Shown piece after piece: positions 29,735 to 39,842 of a DNA stretch of 64,000 nt. Both the position numbers and the translations under genes were made by a program. The DNA comes from Candidatus Shapirobacteria bacterium (GTDB taxonomy: Bacteria; Patescibacteriota; Microgenomatia; UBA12405). The notes beneath the pieces were generated by a model. The model saw only the letters and a list, made by a program, of their open reading frames with translations. It was not told where the DNA came from and did no database searches. Where the stretch lies: the NCBI GenBank assembly GCA_037142555.1, contig JBAXAJ010000001.1, positions 14,835 through 78,834 of the forward strand. The letters are read 5' to 3'. The stretch's first letter is position 1; each line of letters opens with the position of its first letter.

Positions 29735-31074
29735 AAAAAGAAAAAAGAATACCAACTATTCTAGGTCTATTTTTACTTTTAGGGAGTATTCTTAGTGGAG
29801 TAGTTTTAAGTAACCAAAAAACTAGCTTTAAATCTAGCGCCAGTGGTGATTGTAATCCAATAAATCCTCAAGTGACTAACATCACCAATACTTCTTTTAA
29901 TGTTTCTTTTATAACTACAGCTAATTGTTTATCTAACATCAACATTGATAATAAAACGATTTCTGATCTTAGATTTATAAATACTGGTCGAAAAGAAAGT
30001 GCCACTAAAGTTCATTATTTTGAAGTTAATAACCTTAAAGAAGACACTAATTATCAATTTTCTTTAATAAATAACGGTCAAAAATTTGAGAGTCAAAACT
30101 ACAAAGGTCAAACCGCTAGAAAACCATCTAATTCTGTTCCAACTTCAAATTTAGCTTGGGGCCGAGTTTTTACTCCAGATCTCAAACCAGCAACTGACGC
30201 AATCGTTTATTTAAACACTGTTGGAGCTTCTCCACTTTCTGCTGTTGTCACTTCAAAAGGTTATTGGAACATTTCTCTTGCTACCAGTTTTAATGAAGCT
30301 AAAAATAATTGGTTCACTCCATCATCAGCCCAAAATGAGGATTTCATTGTTCTTTCTACTGAAAGTGATGCTACTCAAATAACTGGAAACACCTCTAACA
30401 ACAACCCAGTTCCAGACATAATTCTTGGTAAAAATGAGTTTTCTCCAAAACCAGTCACTGATTATGGAAATGAACAATCAGGTTATCTAAATTCAGTTCC
30501 TTCTTTCACCAACTCTGACAAAAGTCTAACTATTAGTAACCCTAAAGAAAATGAAGCTATTTTCACTCTAAAACCAGATTTCTTTGGTTCAGCTCCAGTT
30601 TCAGCAACTCTTGATATCCAGGTCGAATCAGAAAATGTCATTAAAGACCAGGTTAAATCTCAACCAGATGGTTCATGGAATTGGTCTCCACCTAAATCTC
30701 TAGTTCCAGGTGAACACACTATCACTATTACTGCTCTAAACCCAAAAACCAATATTCTAGAAAAAATTACTCGAAAATTTATTGTTGTTGCTGCTGATAA
30801 TAGTAAACCAGCTTTCAGTGCTTCTCAATCTGCTAAGATAACTACCATTCCAACTCCTACAATCACTATGGTTCCAACCATAATCCCAACAACAGCTCCA
30901 ACTCTAGTGCCAACTCTAAAAGCGACTCCAACTATAGAAGAAGAAATTCCGACTTTAAAACCAACAAAAATAAGCACCGCTTCATCTATGCCAGCCACTG
31001 GAGTTGGTTTCCCAACTTTCATTTTGATTGGATTCTCGGCTATCCTGCTGGTTATTTCATATTTTGTATTATAA
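29731..31074 (+). CDS. Surface protein with Fn3-like and Ig-like domains, PT-rich linker, C-terminal MPATG plus TM
   Basis: VTNITNTSFNVSF, HYFEVNNLKEDTNY, DGSWNW..P..L.PGEHTITI, PT repeats. Confidence 0.75.
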   Translation: MKKEKRIPTILGLFLLLGSILSGVVLSNQKTSFKSSASGDCNPINPQVTNITNTSFNVSFITTANCLSNINIDNKTISDLRFINTGRKESATKVHYFEVNNLKEDTNYQFSLINNGQKFESQNYKGQTARKPSNSVPTSNLAWGRVFTPDLKPATDAIVYLNTVGASPLSAVVTSKGYWNISLATSFNEAKNNWFTPSSAQNEDFIVLSTESDATQITGNTSNNNPVPDIILGKNEFSPKPVTDYGNEQSGYLNSVPSFTNSDKSLTISNPKENEAIFTLKPDFFGSAPVSATLDIQVESENVIKDQVKSQPDGSWNWSPPKSLVPGEHTITITALNPKTNILEKITRKFIVVAADNSKPAFSASQSAKITTIPTPTITMVPTIIPTTAPTLVPTLKATPTIEEEIPTLKPTKISTASSMPATGVGFPTFILIGFSAILLVISYFVL

Positions 31075-31080
31075 TAGGTT

Positions 31081-32013
31081 GTGATAAAAATGAGTAAAAA
31101 AATTAAGAGTTACATCCAATCTTTGCGTCCTGTTCAATGGATTAAAAATTTAAATCTATTTGCAGCCGCAATTTTAAACGGTCAATTAACTAATTTTGAA
31201 GTTTTTTCCAAAAGCATTTTTGCTTTCATAGTTTTTTGTCTACTTTCTTCCGCTTCTTATTTAATTAATGACTTAATTGACATTAATAAAGATCGACTCC
31301 ATCCAACTAAAAAGAACAGACCTCTTGCTCATGGTGACATTTCTGAATCAAGTGCAGTTTTTCTAGCCATAACTCTAATTTTCATTGGCCTATCACTATC
31401 AATTTTCATTAATTTTGGCTTCTTTCTTATTTCCATATTATTTATAGTTCTTCAGCTAACCTATTCTTTCCTACTTAAAAAGAAAGCCATTCTCGACATT
31501 ATAACTATTGCTGCCTCATTTATTTTAAGAGCTTATGCCGGTGAAATCGCCACTGGTTACCATCTTCCAGTTTGGATAATGTTAACAGTTATCTTTTTAT
31601 CTCTATTCATTGCTAGTGGTAAAAGAAGAAGTGAACTTTTCAACACTGGTGTCACCACTCGCAGTGCTCTTAAAGGCTATCGTAAAAGCTTACTAAGTTT
31701 TTATACCACCATGTTCGCTGTTTGTACTCTAATCACCTACGCCATGTTTACTTTCTTTGAAGAGTCAGTCACTTTCGCTGGATCTGGTTTTTTACATCAA
31801 TTTATTATAGATAATTTTCCTAATGCTATAAATCGAAAATGGTATATGGTCACTCTTCTCCCAGTGATTTTTGGAATAATGCGTTATGGTCAAGTTATTT
31901 TTGAAATGCAAGAAGGTGAGAGACCTGAGAGGGTTGTTTCTACTGACATTCCACTATTGTTTTCAGTTCTAATTTGGGGCTTAATGATGATAACTATCAT
32001 TTATGTCATCTAA
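31081..32013 (+). CDS. UbiA-family prenyltransferase (decaprenyl-phosphate phosphoribosyltransferase-like)
   Basis: LRPVQWIKN, YLINDLIDINKDRLHPTKKNRPLA, KRRSEL. Confidence 0.9.
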   Translation: MIKMSKKIKSYIQSLRPVQWIKNLNLFAAAILNGQLTNFEVFSKSIFAFIVFCLLSSASYLINDLIDINKDRLHPTKKNRPLAHGDISESSAVFLAITLIFIGLSLSIFINFGFFLISILFIVLQLTYSFLLKKKAILDIITIAASFILRAYAGEIATGYHLPVWIMLTVIFLSLFIASGKRRSELFNTGVTTRSALKGYRKSLLSFYTTMFAVCTLITYAMFTFFEESVTFAGSGFLHQFIIDNFPNAINRKWYMVTLLPVIFGIMRYGQVIFEMQEGERPERVVSTDIPLLFSVLIWGLMMITIIYVI

Positions 32014-33508
32014 AATTTTCAATCTAAAAGTAATCACTTTCAGTCTTCTCGTTTTTCTAATAATTTTCACTCGTTTTATAAAATTAGATTGGGGGAATTC
32101 CTTCTTTTTTAATCCTGATGAGAACAACATGGCTTCTTCCATTTTCCAAATGACTTCTTCTAATTTAAATCCCAATTTTTTTGCCTATGGCCAATTTCCT
32201 TTATATTTAACTTTTTTTACTACTCCAAAACATGATTTTCAAAACATTATTTTAACTCTTCGTTTTTGGTCAGCCACTTTTTCTTGTCTTTCTATTTTAT
32301 TTTTATATTTAATTTCCAAAAATATTTTTAAAGACATTTTTTCTAGACTAGCTTTTATTATTTTATTAATTTTTAATCCAGGTCTAATTCAACTTTCTCA
32401 TTTTGGGACTACTGAATCAATTTTGATATTTGTTTTTATTTTAAATATTTATCTGTCTCAAAAATTTTTAAAAAATAGAAAAATTATTTATATAATTTTA
32501 GCTGCCGTAGTCAGTGGGATAGGTCTAGCTTCTAAAATATCAGCTCTGATTTTAACTGTTCCAATATTTTTAACTTTATTATTTACTTTAATTAAAAATA
32601 AAAAAATAATAAATTTTTTATTAAATACAGTTATATTTGTTGCTTTAACTTTATTTGTTATAACTCTTTTTTCACCATTTAATTTTTTAAACAGTGGGGA
32701 ATTCATTTCTTCAATGAATTATGAAATTTCTGTTGCCACTGGAAACATTAAAGTTTTTTATACTAATCAATTTTTAAATTCTCTCCCATATATTTTCCAA
32801 ATTAAAAATATATTCCCATATACTAATGGGATTTTTGTTTTCATTTTCTCTGGACTTGGTTTAATTTATTTTATTAAAAATAAAAATTATAAAGAATTAA
32901 AGTGGCTTTTAATTTTAATTCCATGTTTAATTTATTTTCTTTATAACGGTCAACTCTATACAAAATGGACTCGTTTTATGTCACCAATTTTTTTCCTTTT
33001 CCCACTTTTAACTGTTTATTTTATTAATCAATTTAAAACTAAATTTATAAAATATTTATTAGTTTTTATTTCTATAATCCCTGGGGTTGTTTTTCTTAAT
33101 CTATATTTCCAACCAGACATCAGGTTAACTGCTTCTAATTGGATTAATAAAAATATTTCTCAAGATTCAAAGATATTAAGTGAAAGTGGCAATGTCATAA
33201 ATATACCTCTAAAAAATAATAATCTTCAAGTTAATAATTTTGATTTTTATAAAAGTGAAAATATAAATAATTTATCAACAGAAATAAATAATAGTAATTA
33301 TATTTTTGTGCCTTCTCGTCGTGTTTTTAAAAATAATTTTCCAGAAACTAAAAAATATTATCAAGATTTGTTTTCCGGTTCTCTAGGCTTTTCCAAAATC
33401 CAAGAATTCAAAACAAACATTGATTTTTTATTAAATTCAGAAAATGCTGAAGAAACTTGGAGTGTTTTCGATCATCCAACTATTAGAATTTTTAAAAAAA
33501 ATGTTTAA
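32003..33508 (+). CDS. GT-C glycosyltransferase
   Basis: FNPDE, NPNFFAYGQFPLY, IQLSHF, FDHPTI. Confidence 0.8.
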   Translation: MSSKIFNLKVITFSLLVFLIIFTRFIKLDWGNSFFFNPDENNMASSIFQMTSSNLNPNFFAYGQFPLYLTFFTTPKHDFQNIILTLRFWSATFSCLSILFLYLISKNIFKDIFSRLAFIILLIFNPGLIQLSHFGTTESILIFVFILNIYLSQKFLKNRKIIYIILAAVVSGIGLASKISALILTVPIFLTLLFTLIKNKKIINFLLNTVIFVALTLFVITLFSPFNFLNSGEFISSMNYEISVATGNIKVFYTNQFLNSLPYIFQIKNIFPYTNGIFVFIFSGLGLIYFIKNKNYKELKWLLILIPCLIYFLYNGQLYTKWTRFMSPIFFLFPLLTVYFINQFKTKFIKYLLVFISIIPGVVFLNLYFQPDIRLTASNWINKNISQDSKILSESGNVINIPLKNNNLQVNNFDFYKSENINNLSTEINNSNYIFVPSRRVFKNNFPETKKYYQDLFSGSLGFSKIQEFKTNIDFLLNSENAEETWSVFDHPTIRIFKKNV

Positions 33509-35231
33509 GAAATTTTGGGACATTAATAAAGAAAAATTTTTACTTCTGTTATTTTTAGTGACAGCCTTCAGTTTGAGGATTTTTAATATTAATTGGGATC
33601 AAGGTCAGCATCTCCACCCAGACGAAAGGTTCATGACCATGGTCTCTTCAGACATCAGATTGCCTCAAAATATTATTCAATATTTTGATACCAACACTTC
33701 ATCTCTAAACCCCACTAACAAAAAATATGACTTTTATGTTTATGGGACAGTTCCTCTTATTGTGACTCGTTTTGTTGCTCAAGTTCTTAATATGACAGAC
33801 TATAATAATATTTTTATAGTCGGTCGAGTCTTGTCTGCAATTTTTGATACCTTAATTATTTTTATTCTCTACAAGATTGGTAAACTTTTAAAACTACAAA
33901 AACGAATCATTTTTATTTCTCTATTTTTCTATTCTTTCGCAATTCTCCCAATTCAACTTTCACACTTTTTCACAGTAGACACTTTCACTGTCTTTTTTTC
34001 TACCCTTAGTGTCTATCTTTTCCTAAGCTTTTTAGAAAAAAGAAAATGGTGGAGGCTAGCTCTTTGTGGTCTAATTTTTGGAATAGCCCTAGCCAGCAAA
34101 ATTTCTATAATTATTACTTTGCCACTATTTTTAATTTATTTAATAATTATTAATTTAAAGAATTTTAGAAAAATACTTTTATATGGATCAATATTTTTAC
34201 TATCAATATTTTTATCTTTCAGAATTTTCCAACCATATGCTTTCAATGGTGTAGTCAATTTTTCTCCAACTTTCATTAAATCAACTTCTATTGCTCACCA
34301 AATGGTCACTGGGGAATATAAATATCCACCAAATATCCAATGGCAAAACACAATTCCAATTATTAATCCATTAATAGACATTTTTATTTTTGCTCTAGGG
34401 CCGATAATTACTCTTTTGAGTTTTTATGGATTTTATATCGCGTTTTTTAAATTTAAATCTAAGAAAAAGTTTCTAGCTTTATTCATAATTCTTTTTTGTG
34501 ATTTTGTTTTTTTCTACCAAGGAATTCAACTAGCTAAATACCTAAGATACTTCTATCCAATTTTTCCATTTTTAGTTTTGTTTGCTGCAATTGGATTTAA
34601 CGCTTTAATAAAATTTAAAAAAATCCAATTAATTTTATTAATTTTGATTGTTCTAAATACTCTATTTTTTATTAATATTTATCTTCAAACCAATTCTCGA
34701 ATTTCTGCTTCTAATTGGATTTGTGAAAATTTTAAAAAAGGGTCAACAATTACCAGTGAGACTTGGGACGATTCTTTGCCTTTAAATTTAAACTCTGGAT
34801 GTAACTCAATAAACTATAAATCTCTGCCTTTAGATCTATATGCTTCTGATAAACCTCAAAAATGGCAGAAACTAGATCAACAATTTAAAGATGCTAATTA
34901 TCTAATTTTATCTTCAAATCGCCTCTGGGCTTCAATCCCTAATTCATCTCAACAATATCCAATAACTGCTCAATTTTATAAAGATTTATTTGACAATAAA
35001 CTAGCTTTTTCTAAAATTAAAACTTTTTATTCTTATCCAGGTCTAAGTCTTCCAATCAACGGTTGTTTTTTAATTGGTCTAAAAAACTATCCTTCTAATC
35101 AAAATAATAGTTCATTTTTTGAATTTGATAAAAATTGTCAAAATCCAGGTTTCTATTTTCGTGATGACATTTCTCAAGAGTCATTCACTGTTTATGATCA
35201 TCCTCAAGTTATAATTTTCAGTCGTAATTAA
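33501..35231 (+). CDS. GT-C glycosyltransferase (paralog of the previous gene)
   Basis: HLHPDERF, YVYGTVP, IQLSHFFTVD, ESFTVYDHPQV; start placed at ATG 33501. Confidence 0.8.
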   Translation: MFKKFWDINKEKFLLLLFLVTAFSLRIFNINWDQGQHLHPDERFMTMVSSDIRLPQNIIQYFDTNTSSLNPTNKKYDFYVYGTVPLIVTRFVAQVLNMTDYNNIFIVGRVLSAIFDTLIIFILYKIGKLLKLQKRIIFISLFFYSFAILPIQLSHFFTVDTFTVFFSTLSVYLFLSFLEKRKWWRLALCGLIFGIALASKISIIITLPLFLIYLIIINLKNFRKILLYGSIFLLSIFLSFRIFQPYAFNGVVNFSPTFIKSTSIAHQMVTGEYKYPPNIQWQNTIPIINPLIDIFIFALGPIITLLSFYGFYIAFFKFKSKKKFLALFIILFCDFVFFYQGIQLAKYLRYFYPIFPFLVLFAAIGFNALIKFKKIQLILLILIVLNTLFFINIYLQTNSRISASNWICENFKKGSTITSETWDDSLPLNLNSGCNSINYKSLPLDLYASDKPQKWQKLDQQFKDANYLILSSNRLWASIPNSSQQYPITAQFYKDLFDNKLAFSKIKTFYSYPGLSLPINGCFLIGLKNYPSNQNNSSFFEFDKNCQNPGFYFRDDISQESFTVYDHPQVIIFSRN

Positions 35232-35265
35232 TTAATTTGGCTAAATAATTGTTACAATATTTAAA

Positions 35266-35844
35266 ATGTTAGCTCACTTAAAAAAAACTTTTCTCTTTTG
35301 GCAACCACGCTTTGATTTTTTAAAATGGCTTGAATCAACCAAGGCAGGTCAATATGTAATGATTTTTTTGAACTATATTATTTGGTTCTTTTTTATTTTT
35401 ATTTCTTTTATTTTAGTTCATAAAAACAGCAACATTTTTTGGTCACTTTTAGTTATTACTGTAATAGCCGAACTCATTGAAAGATATATCAAAACCAATT
35501 TTTTTTGGTGTCGTCCAATGTTCATTAAAAAAGATGAAGTCCCAAAAGGTTTAGTAAAAAGTTGGTACAAAACAGGCAGTTTTCCTTCTGGTCACACCAT
35601 GAAATCTGCTTATTTTCTTTTATTTTTAATTCAGAATCAAGTTTTTTCTCCGACTGTTTTCTTAATTATTGTAGTTCCATTATTATTTTTTAGAGTCTTA
35701 GTTGGTTTCCATTATCCAATTGATATTTTAGGCGGTATTTTAATTGGTTTTATTCTTTGGTTTTTTATTAAAGATATAGTTTTCCCTGATTTCATGGTTA
35801 ATTCTATTAAGGTAATTTTTGATTATATTTATTCAATTTTTTAG
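35266..35844 (+). CDS. PAP2-family lipid phosphate phosphatase
   Basis: K......RP, SFPSGH, RVLVGFHYPIDI.GG. Confidence 0.9.
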   Translation: MLAHLKKTFLFWQPRFDFLKWLESTKAGQYVMIFLNYIIWFFFIFISFILVHKNSNIFWSLLVITVIAELIERYIKTNFFWCRPMFIKKDEVPKGLVKSWYKTGSFPSGHTMKSAYFLLFLIQNQVFSPTVFLIIVVPLLFFRVLVGFHYPIDILGGILIGFILWFFIKDIVFPDFMVNSIKVIFDYIYSIF

Positions 35845-35846
35845 AA

Positions 35847-37901
35847 ATGTTTTCCGATTTAAAGTTCATCATTTTTTGGTGGTTAATTATATTTCTATTA
35901 GGAACTATTTCTTTACCTCTAATTTTTGCTTTGTTTAAAAAATTTTGGGACAAAGGATACATTTTTTCTAAGATAATTTCCATATCACTAATAACTTATT
36001 TAATTTTTATTTTAGGGGTAATTAAACTTTTACCTTTCACTAATCTTTCTCTATTTATCATAATTCTATTTTTAATATTAATTAATGTTTTTTACTTTAT
36101 TAAATTTAAAAAGTTAGCCGAATTTCTAGAAGTTATCAAATCAAAATATAAAGTATTTATTTTTCAAGAATTATTATTTTTAGTTATTTTAGTCAGTTGG
36201 TCTCTAGTTCGTGGCTTTAACCCAGACATTGAAGGTCTAGAAAAATTTATGGATTGGGGATTCATAAATTCAGCTCTAAGGAGTACTTACATGCCGCCAA
36301 TTGATATGTGGTTTTCTGGATCTCCAATAAATTATTATTATTTTGGTCATCTAATTTTTGCTGTTTTAACAAAACTTTCTTCAATCACTTCTGCCATAAC
36401 TTACAATCTTTCTATTGCCACAGTTTGTGCCCTGACTTTTGTTAGTGCTTTTTCTCTTTCTTCAAATTTAGTCTATATTTTTTCTAAAAAAACTTCCAAA
36501 CTAAAAACAATAATTTTTTGTGGCCTAATTTCCGCTCTGCTTTTAACTTTTGGCGGGAACCTTCACCCACTTTATAAAGCTATCACCAAACCAGAACCTC
36601 TTCCTAAATTTGTTTCAACTTATTGGTATCCAGACGCCACTCGTTTTATCGGTTTTGACCCTGATACTCAAGACAAAACTATTCATGAATTCCCAAGTTA
36701 TAGTTTTGTGGTCGCTGATCTTCATGGTCATATGAACGACATCCCTGTAATTTTATTTTTTTGCGCCATGATTTTTTCTCTAAGTCTTTCTATTTTTAAG
36801 AAAATTTTTAATTGGAAATTAATCATTAGTTCAGGTCTAGTTCTATCAATTGCCTACATGACCAATGCTTGGGATTTTGCTATTTATGGGATTCTATTCG
36901 CTATTTTTATTTTCATTTCGAATCTTTCTAAAACTAATTTTTTAGAAGCTTTCAATAAAACTGTTTTAAATGGTCTTCTGGTAATAATTTTTTGGTATCT
37001 CTTTTCACTCCCTTTTTCTCTTAACTTTACACCCATGGCTCAAGGCCTTCGTTTCTCAGATGTCCACACGCCTTTCTATCAATTATCTATTTTATATGGT
37101 GGTTTTTGGTTAATTTGTCTACCTTTCCTTTTATATTTAATTTATTCAATAGTTAAAAAACTAAAAATTAAAAACTCAGATTTTTTTGTTTTAAGTTTAA
37201 TAGTCACAGCTACTATTCTAGTTATCATTCCAGAAATTTTCTACATTAAAGACATTTACATAAATGAATATCGTCGAGCTAACACTATGTTCAAGTTAGT
37301 TTATGAGGCTTTCATTATGTATTCAATTTCGGCTGGATATATTTTATTCCGACTGACTCGATCAAAGAATTTAATTTTTCCTAATCTCTATAAATTAATC
37401 TTTTTCCTTATTTTTATAGTTCACATGAGCTATCCATATTTTTCTATTAAATCTTTTTATACTTTTAAATCTTATAAAGGTCTATGGGGTCTAAACTATT
37501 TGAAAGAATCATATCCAGACAATTTAAAAGCTATCAATTGGATTAATCAAAATATTAAAGGGCAACCAGTTATGTTAGAAGCAACAGGTGATAGTTACAC
37601 CACTTTTAATCAGATATCTGTTGCCACAGGTCTGCCAACCATAGAAGGCTGGTTAGTCCATGAATGGTTGTGGCGTGGTGGTTATGATAAACCTGGTGCT
37701 CGCCAAGAAGAAGTCAAAAAAGTTTATGAAGACGAAAATTTAGATGAAGTCAAAACTATTCTTCAAAAACATAAAGTTGAATATATCTTTGTCGGTGCCA
37801 AAGAACATGAAAAATACCCAAATTTAGACGATAAAAGATTTCAAAAAATTGGTGGCGAAATTATCTTTCAATCAAGTAATACTAAAATCTATAAAATTTA
37901 A
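35847..37901 (+). CDS. DUF2298 / YYY-motif membrane protein (putative GT-C)
   Basis: EKFMD, NYYYFGH, TIHEFP, DLHGH, NTMFK, GW..HE..WR. Confidence 0.85.
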   Translation: MFSDLKFIIFWWLIIFLLGTISLPLIFALFKKFWDKGYIFSKIISISLITYLIFILGVIKLLPFTNLSLFIIILFLILINVFYFIKFKKLAEFLEVIKSKYKVFIFQELLFLVILVSWSLVRGFNPDIEGLEKFMDWGFINSALRSTYMPPIDMWFSGSPINYYYFGHLIFAVLTKLSSITSAITYNLSIATVCALTFVSAFSLSSNLVYIFSKKTSKLKTIIFCGLISALLLTFGGNLHPLYKAITKPEPLPKFVSTYWYPDATRFIGFDPDTQDKTIHEFPSYSFVVADLHGHMNDIPVILFFCAMIFSLSLSIFKKIFNWKLIISSGLVLSIAYMTNAWDFAIYGILFAIFIFISNLSKTNFLEAFNKTVLNGLLVIIFWYLFSLPFSLNFTPMAQGLRFSDVHTPFYQLSILYGGFWLICLPFLLYLIYSIVKKLKIKNSDFFVLSLIVTATILVIIPEIFYIKDIYINEYRRANTMFKLVYEAFIMYSISAGYILFRLTRSKNLIFPNLYKLIFFLIFIVHMSYPYFSIKSFYTFKSYKGLWGLNYLKESYPDNLKAINWINQNIKGQPVMLEATGDSYTTFNQISVATGLPTIEGWLVHEWLWRGGYDKPGARQEEVKKVYEDENLDEVKTILQKHKVEYIFVGAKEHEKYPNLDDKRFQKIGGEIIFQSSNTKIYKI

Positions 37902-37919
37902 GTATAGTTAATTTTACTC

Positions 37920-39824
37920 ATGACGAATATTCTAGAAGGACTAAACCCGCAACAACTTGAGGCCGTGACCTACACTGGCTCACCACTCCTACTATTAGCC
38001 GGAGCTGGTTCTGGAAAAACTCGAGTCTTAACTCATCGAGCGGCATATTTTATTGAAAAAAAATTAGCCAAACCTTCTGAAATTCTATTACTGACTTTTA
38101 CTAACAAAGCCGCTGAGGAAATGAAGAAACGAATGCAAAAATTATTATCAAATGTACAGGCAATTAATGAATCGCCCCTCCAAAAAAATAATATTTTTGC
38201 TGGGACTTTTCATTCTTTTTGTTGTCGAGTTTTAAGAGCCGATGGTCAAAATATTGGCGTTTCCCCTAATTTTGCAATTTATGACTCCAACGATCAGGAA
38301 AACATGGTTAAAAGAATTTTAATTGATATGGGCTTAACAGCTAAAGAATTTAAACCATCAAGTTTGCTCTACTACATTGAAGGAGCCAAAAATACTTTTC
38401 AAACTCCAAAAGACATGCAACTTCAAAGCCATGGTTTTTGGCAAGAATATGCCGCCAAAGTTTATGCTAATTATCAAAAAAAATTAGCTGAATTTCATGC
38501 TCTAGATTTCAATGATCTTCTTTTTAAAACAGTTGAACTTTTCATGGAGAATCCAGAAGTTTTAGCTAAATATCAAGAAATCTATAAATTCATTATGGTT
38601 GATGAGTATCAAGACACTAACCAAATTCAATATCTTCTAACCAAATTATTAGCCAATAAATATAAACAAATAACTGCTGTCGGTGATGCTGCTCAAGCTA
38701 TTTATGGTTGGCGAGGAGCTGATTATCGTAATTTAATTAGTTTCACTACTGATTTCAAAAATGTAAAAGTAATTAATCTTGAAGAAAACTATCGTTCCAC
38801 CAACATTATTCTAGATGCAGCTAATTCAATTATTTCTAAAAATAATTCTCATCCAGTTTTAAAACTATTCACTAAAAAAGTTTCTGAAGATAAAATAAAA
38901 ATTTTTGAGGCCGAATCAGAAGTTTCAGAAGCCGATTATGTCACCGATAAAATAAAATTTATTAATGATAATTTAAGAATTCCTTTAAGAAATATAGCCG
39001 TTCTTTATAGGATGAACGCTCAATCTCGAGTTATTGAAGAAGCCTTTTTAAGACAATCATTGCCATATGTTCTACTAGGGGGAACTCGTTTTTATGAAAG
39101 AGCTGAAATCAAAGATATTCTAGCCATGCTTCGTTTCACCAATGACCAAGCCGATAAATTATCAGAAGAACGAGTTGGTAAAGCAATCGGTAAGAGGCGG
39201 CTAGTCACTTTTAAAGAACATCTCAATAATCTCGATATTAAAGACATGACTTCTCTAGAAATTTTAGAATCATTAGTCGTTAATTCTGATTATTTAAAGA
39301 AATTCGATCCTAAAGATGAAGAAGACCAAAAACGAATTGAAAACATTAAAGAGTTAAAATCAGTTGCCACTGCTTATCCAAAGCTAAGTGATTTTCTAGA
39401 AAATATTGCTCTCGTTCAACAAGAATATTCTCAACAAGAAAAAAATAAAAAGAAAGAAAATAAAGATGGAGTCAGATTAATGACTCTTCATGGAGCTAAA
39501 GGTCTAGAATTTGAAGTTGTCTTTTTAGTCGGTTTTGAAGAGGGAATTTTGCCTCATTCTCGAAGTCTAATTGAAGAATCTGAAATTGAAGAAGAGCGTC
39601 GTCTTTGTTATGTTGGTGTCACTCGAGCCAAAGATTATCTTCACATTTCTTATGCCAATAAACGCCTATTTTTTGGTAAAAGCAGTTTAAATGAGCCAAG
39701 CCGATTTTTAGCAGACATCCCATCAGAATTAGTTGAATTCGAAGAATCCATAACCAGAGACTACCGCCGACCAAAGAAATCAAAAGACGATGATGATTTT
39801 ATTTATGATTCAGATATATATTAA
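37920..39824 (+). CDS. pcrA: UvrD/PcrA ATP-dependent DNA helicase
   Basis: AGAGSGKT, VDEYQDTN, ENYRS, TLHGAKGLEF, EERRLCYVGVTRA. Confidence 0.93.
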   Translation: MTNILEGLNPQQLEAVTYTGSPLLLLAGAGSGKTRVLTHRAAYFIEKKLAKPSEILLLTFTNKAAEEMKKRMQKLLSNVQAINESPLQKNNIFAGTFHSFCCRVLRADGQNIGVSPNFAIYDSNDQENMVKRILIDMGLTAKEFKPSSLLYYIEGAKNTFQTPKDMQLQSHGFWQEYAAKVYANYQKKLAEFHALDFNDLLFKTVELFMENPEVLAKYQEIYKFIMVDEYQDTNQIQYLLTKLLANKYKQITAVGDAAQAIYGWRGADYRNLISFTTDFKNVKVINLEENYRSTNIILDAANSIISKNNSHPVLKLFTKKVSEDKIKIFEAESEVSEADYVTDKIKFINDNLRIPLRNIAVLYRMNAQSRVIEEAFLRQSLPYVLLGGTRFYERAEIKDILAMLRFTNDQADKLSEERVGKAIGKRRLVTFKEHLNNLDIKDMTSLEILESLVVNSDYLKKFDPKDEEDQKRIENIKELKSVATAYPKLSDFLENIALVQQEYSQQEKNKKKENKDGVRLMTLHGAKGLEFEVVFLVGFEEGILPHSRSLIEESEIEEERRLCYVGVTRAKDYLHISYANKRLFFGKSSLNEPSRFLADIPSELVEFEESITRDYRRPKKSKDDDDFIYDSDIY

Positions 39825-39842
39825 TCTTGTTAAAATACAACT

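Noticed and set aside
30840-30965. Repetitive CCAAC-rich stretch
   Set aside because: Encodes the Pro/Thr linker of the surface protein; no constant repeat-spacer periodicity, so not CRISPR.
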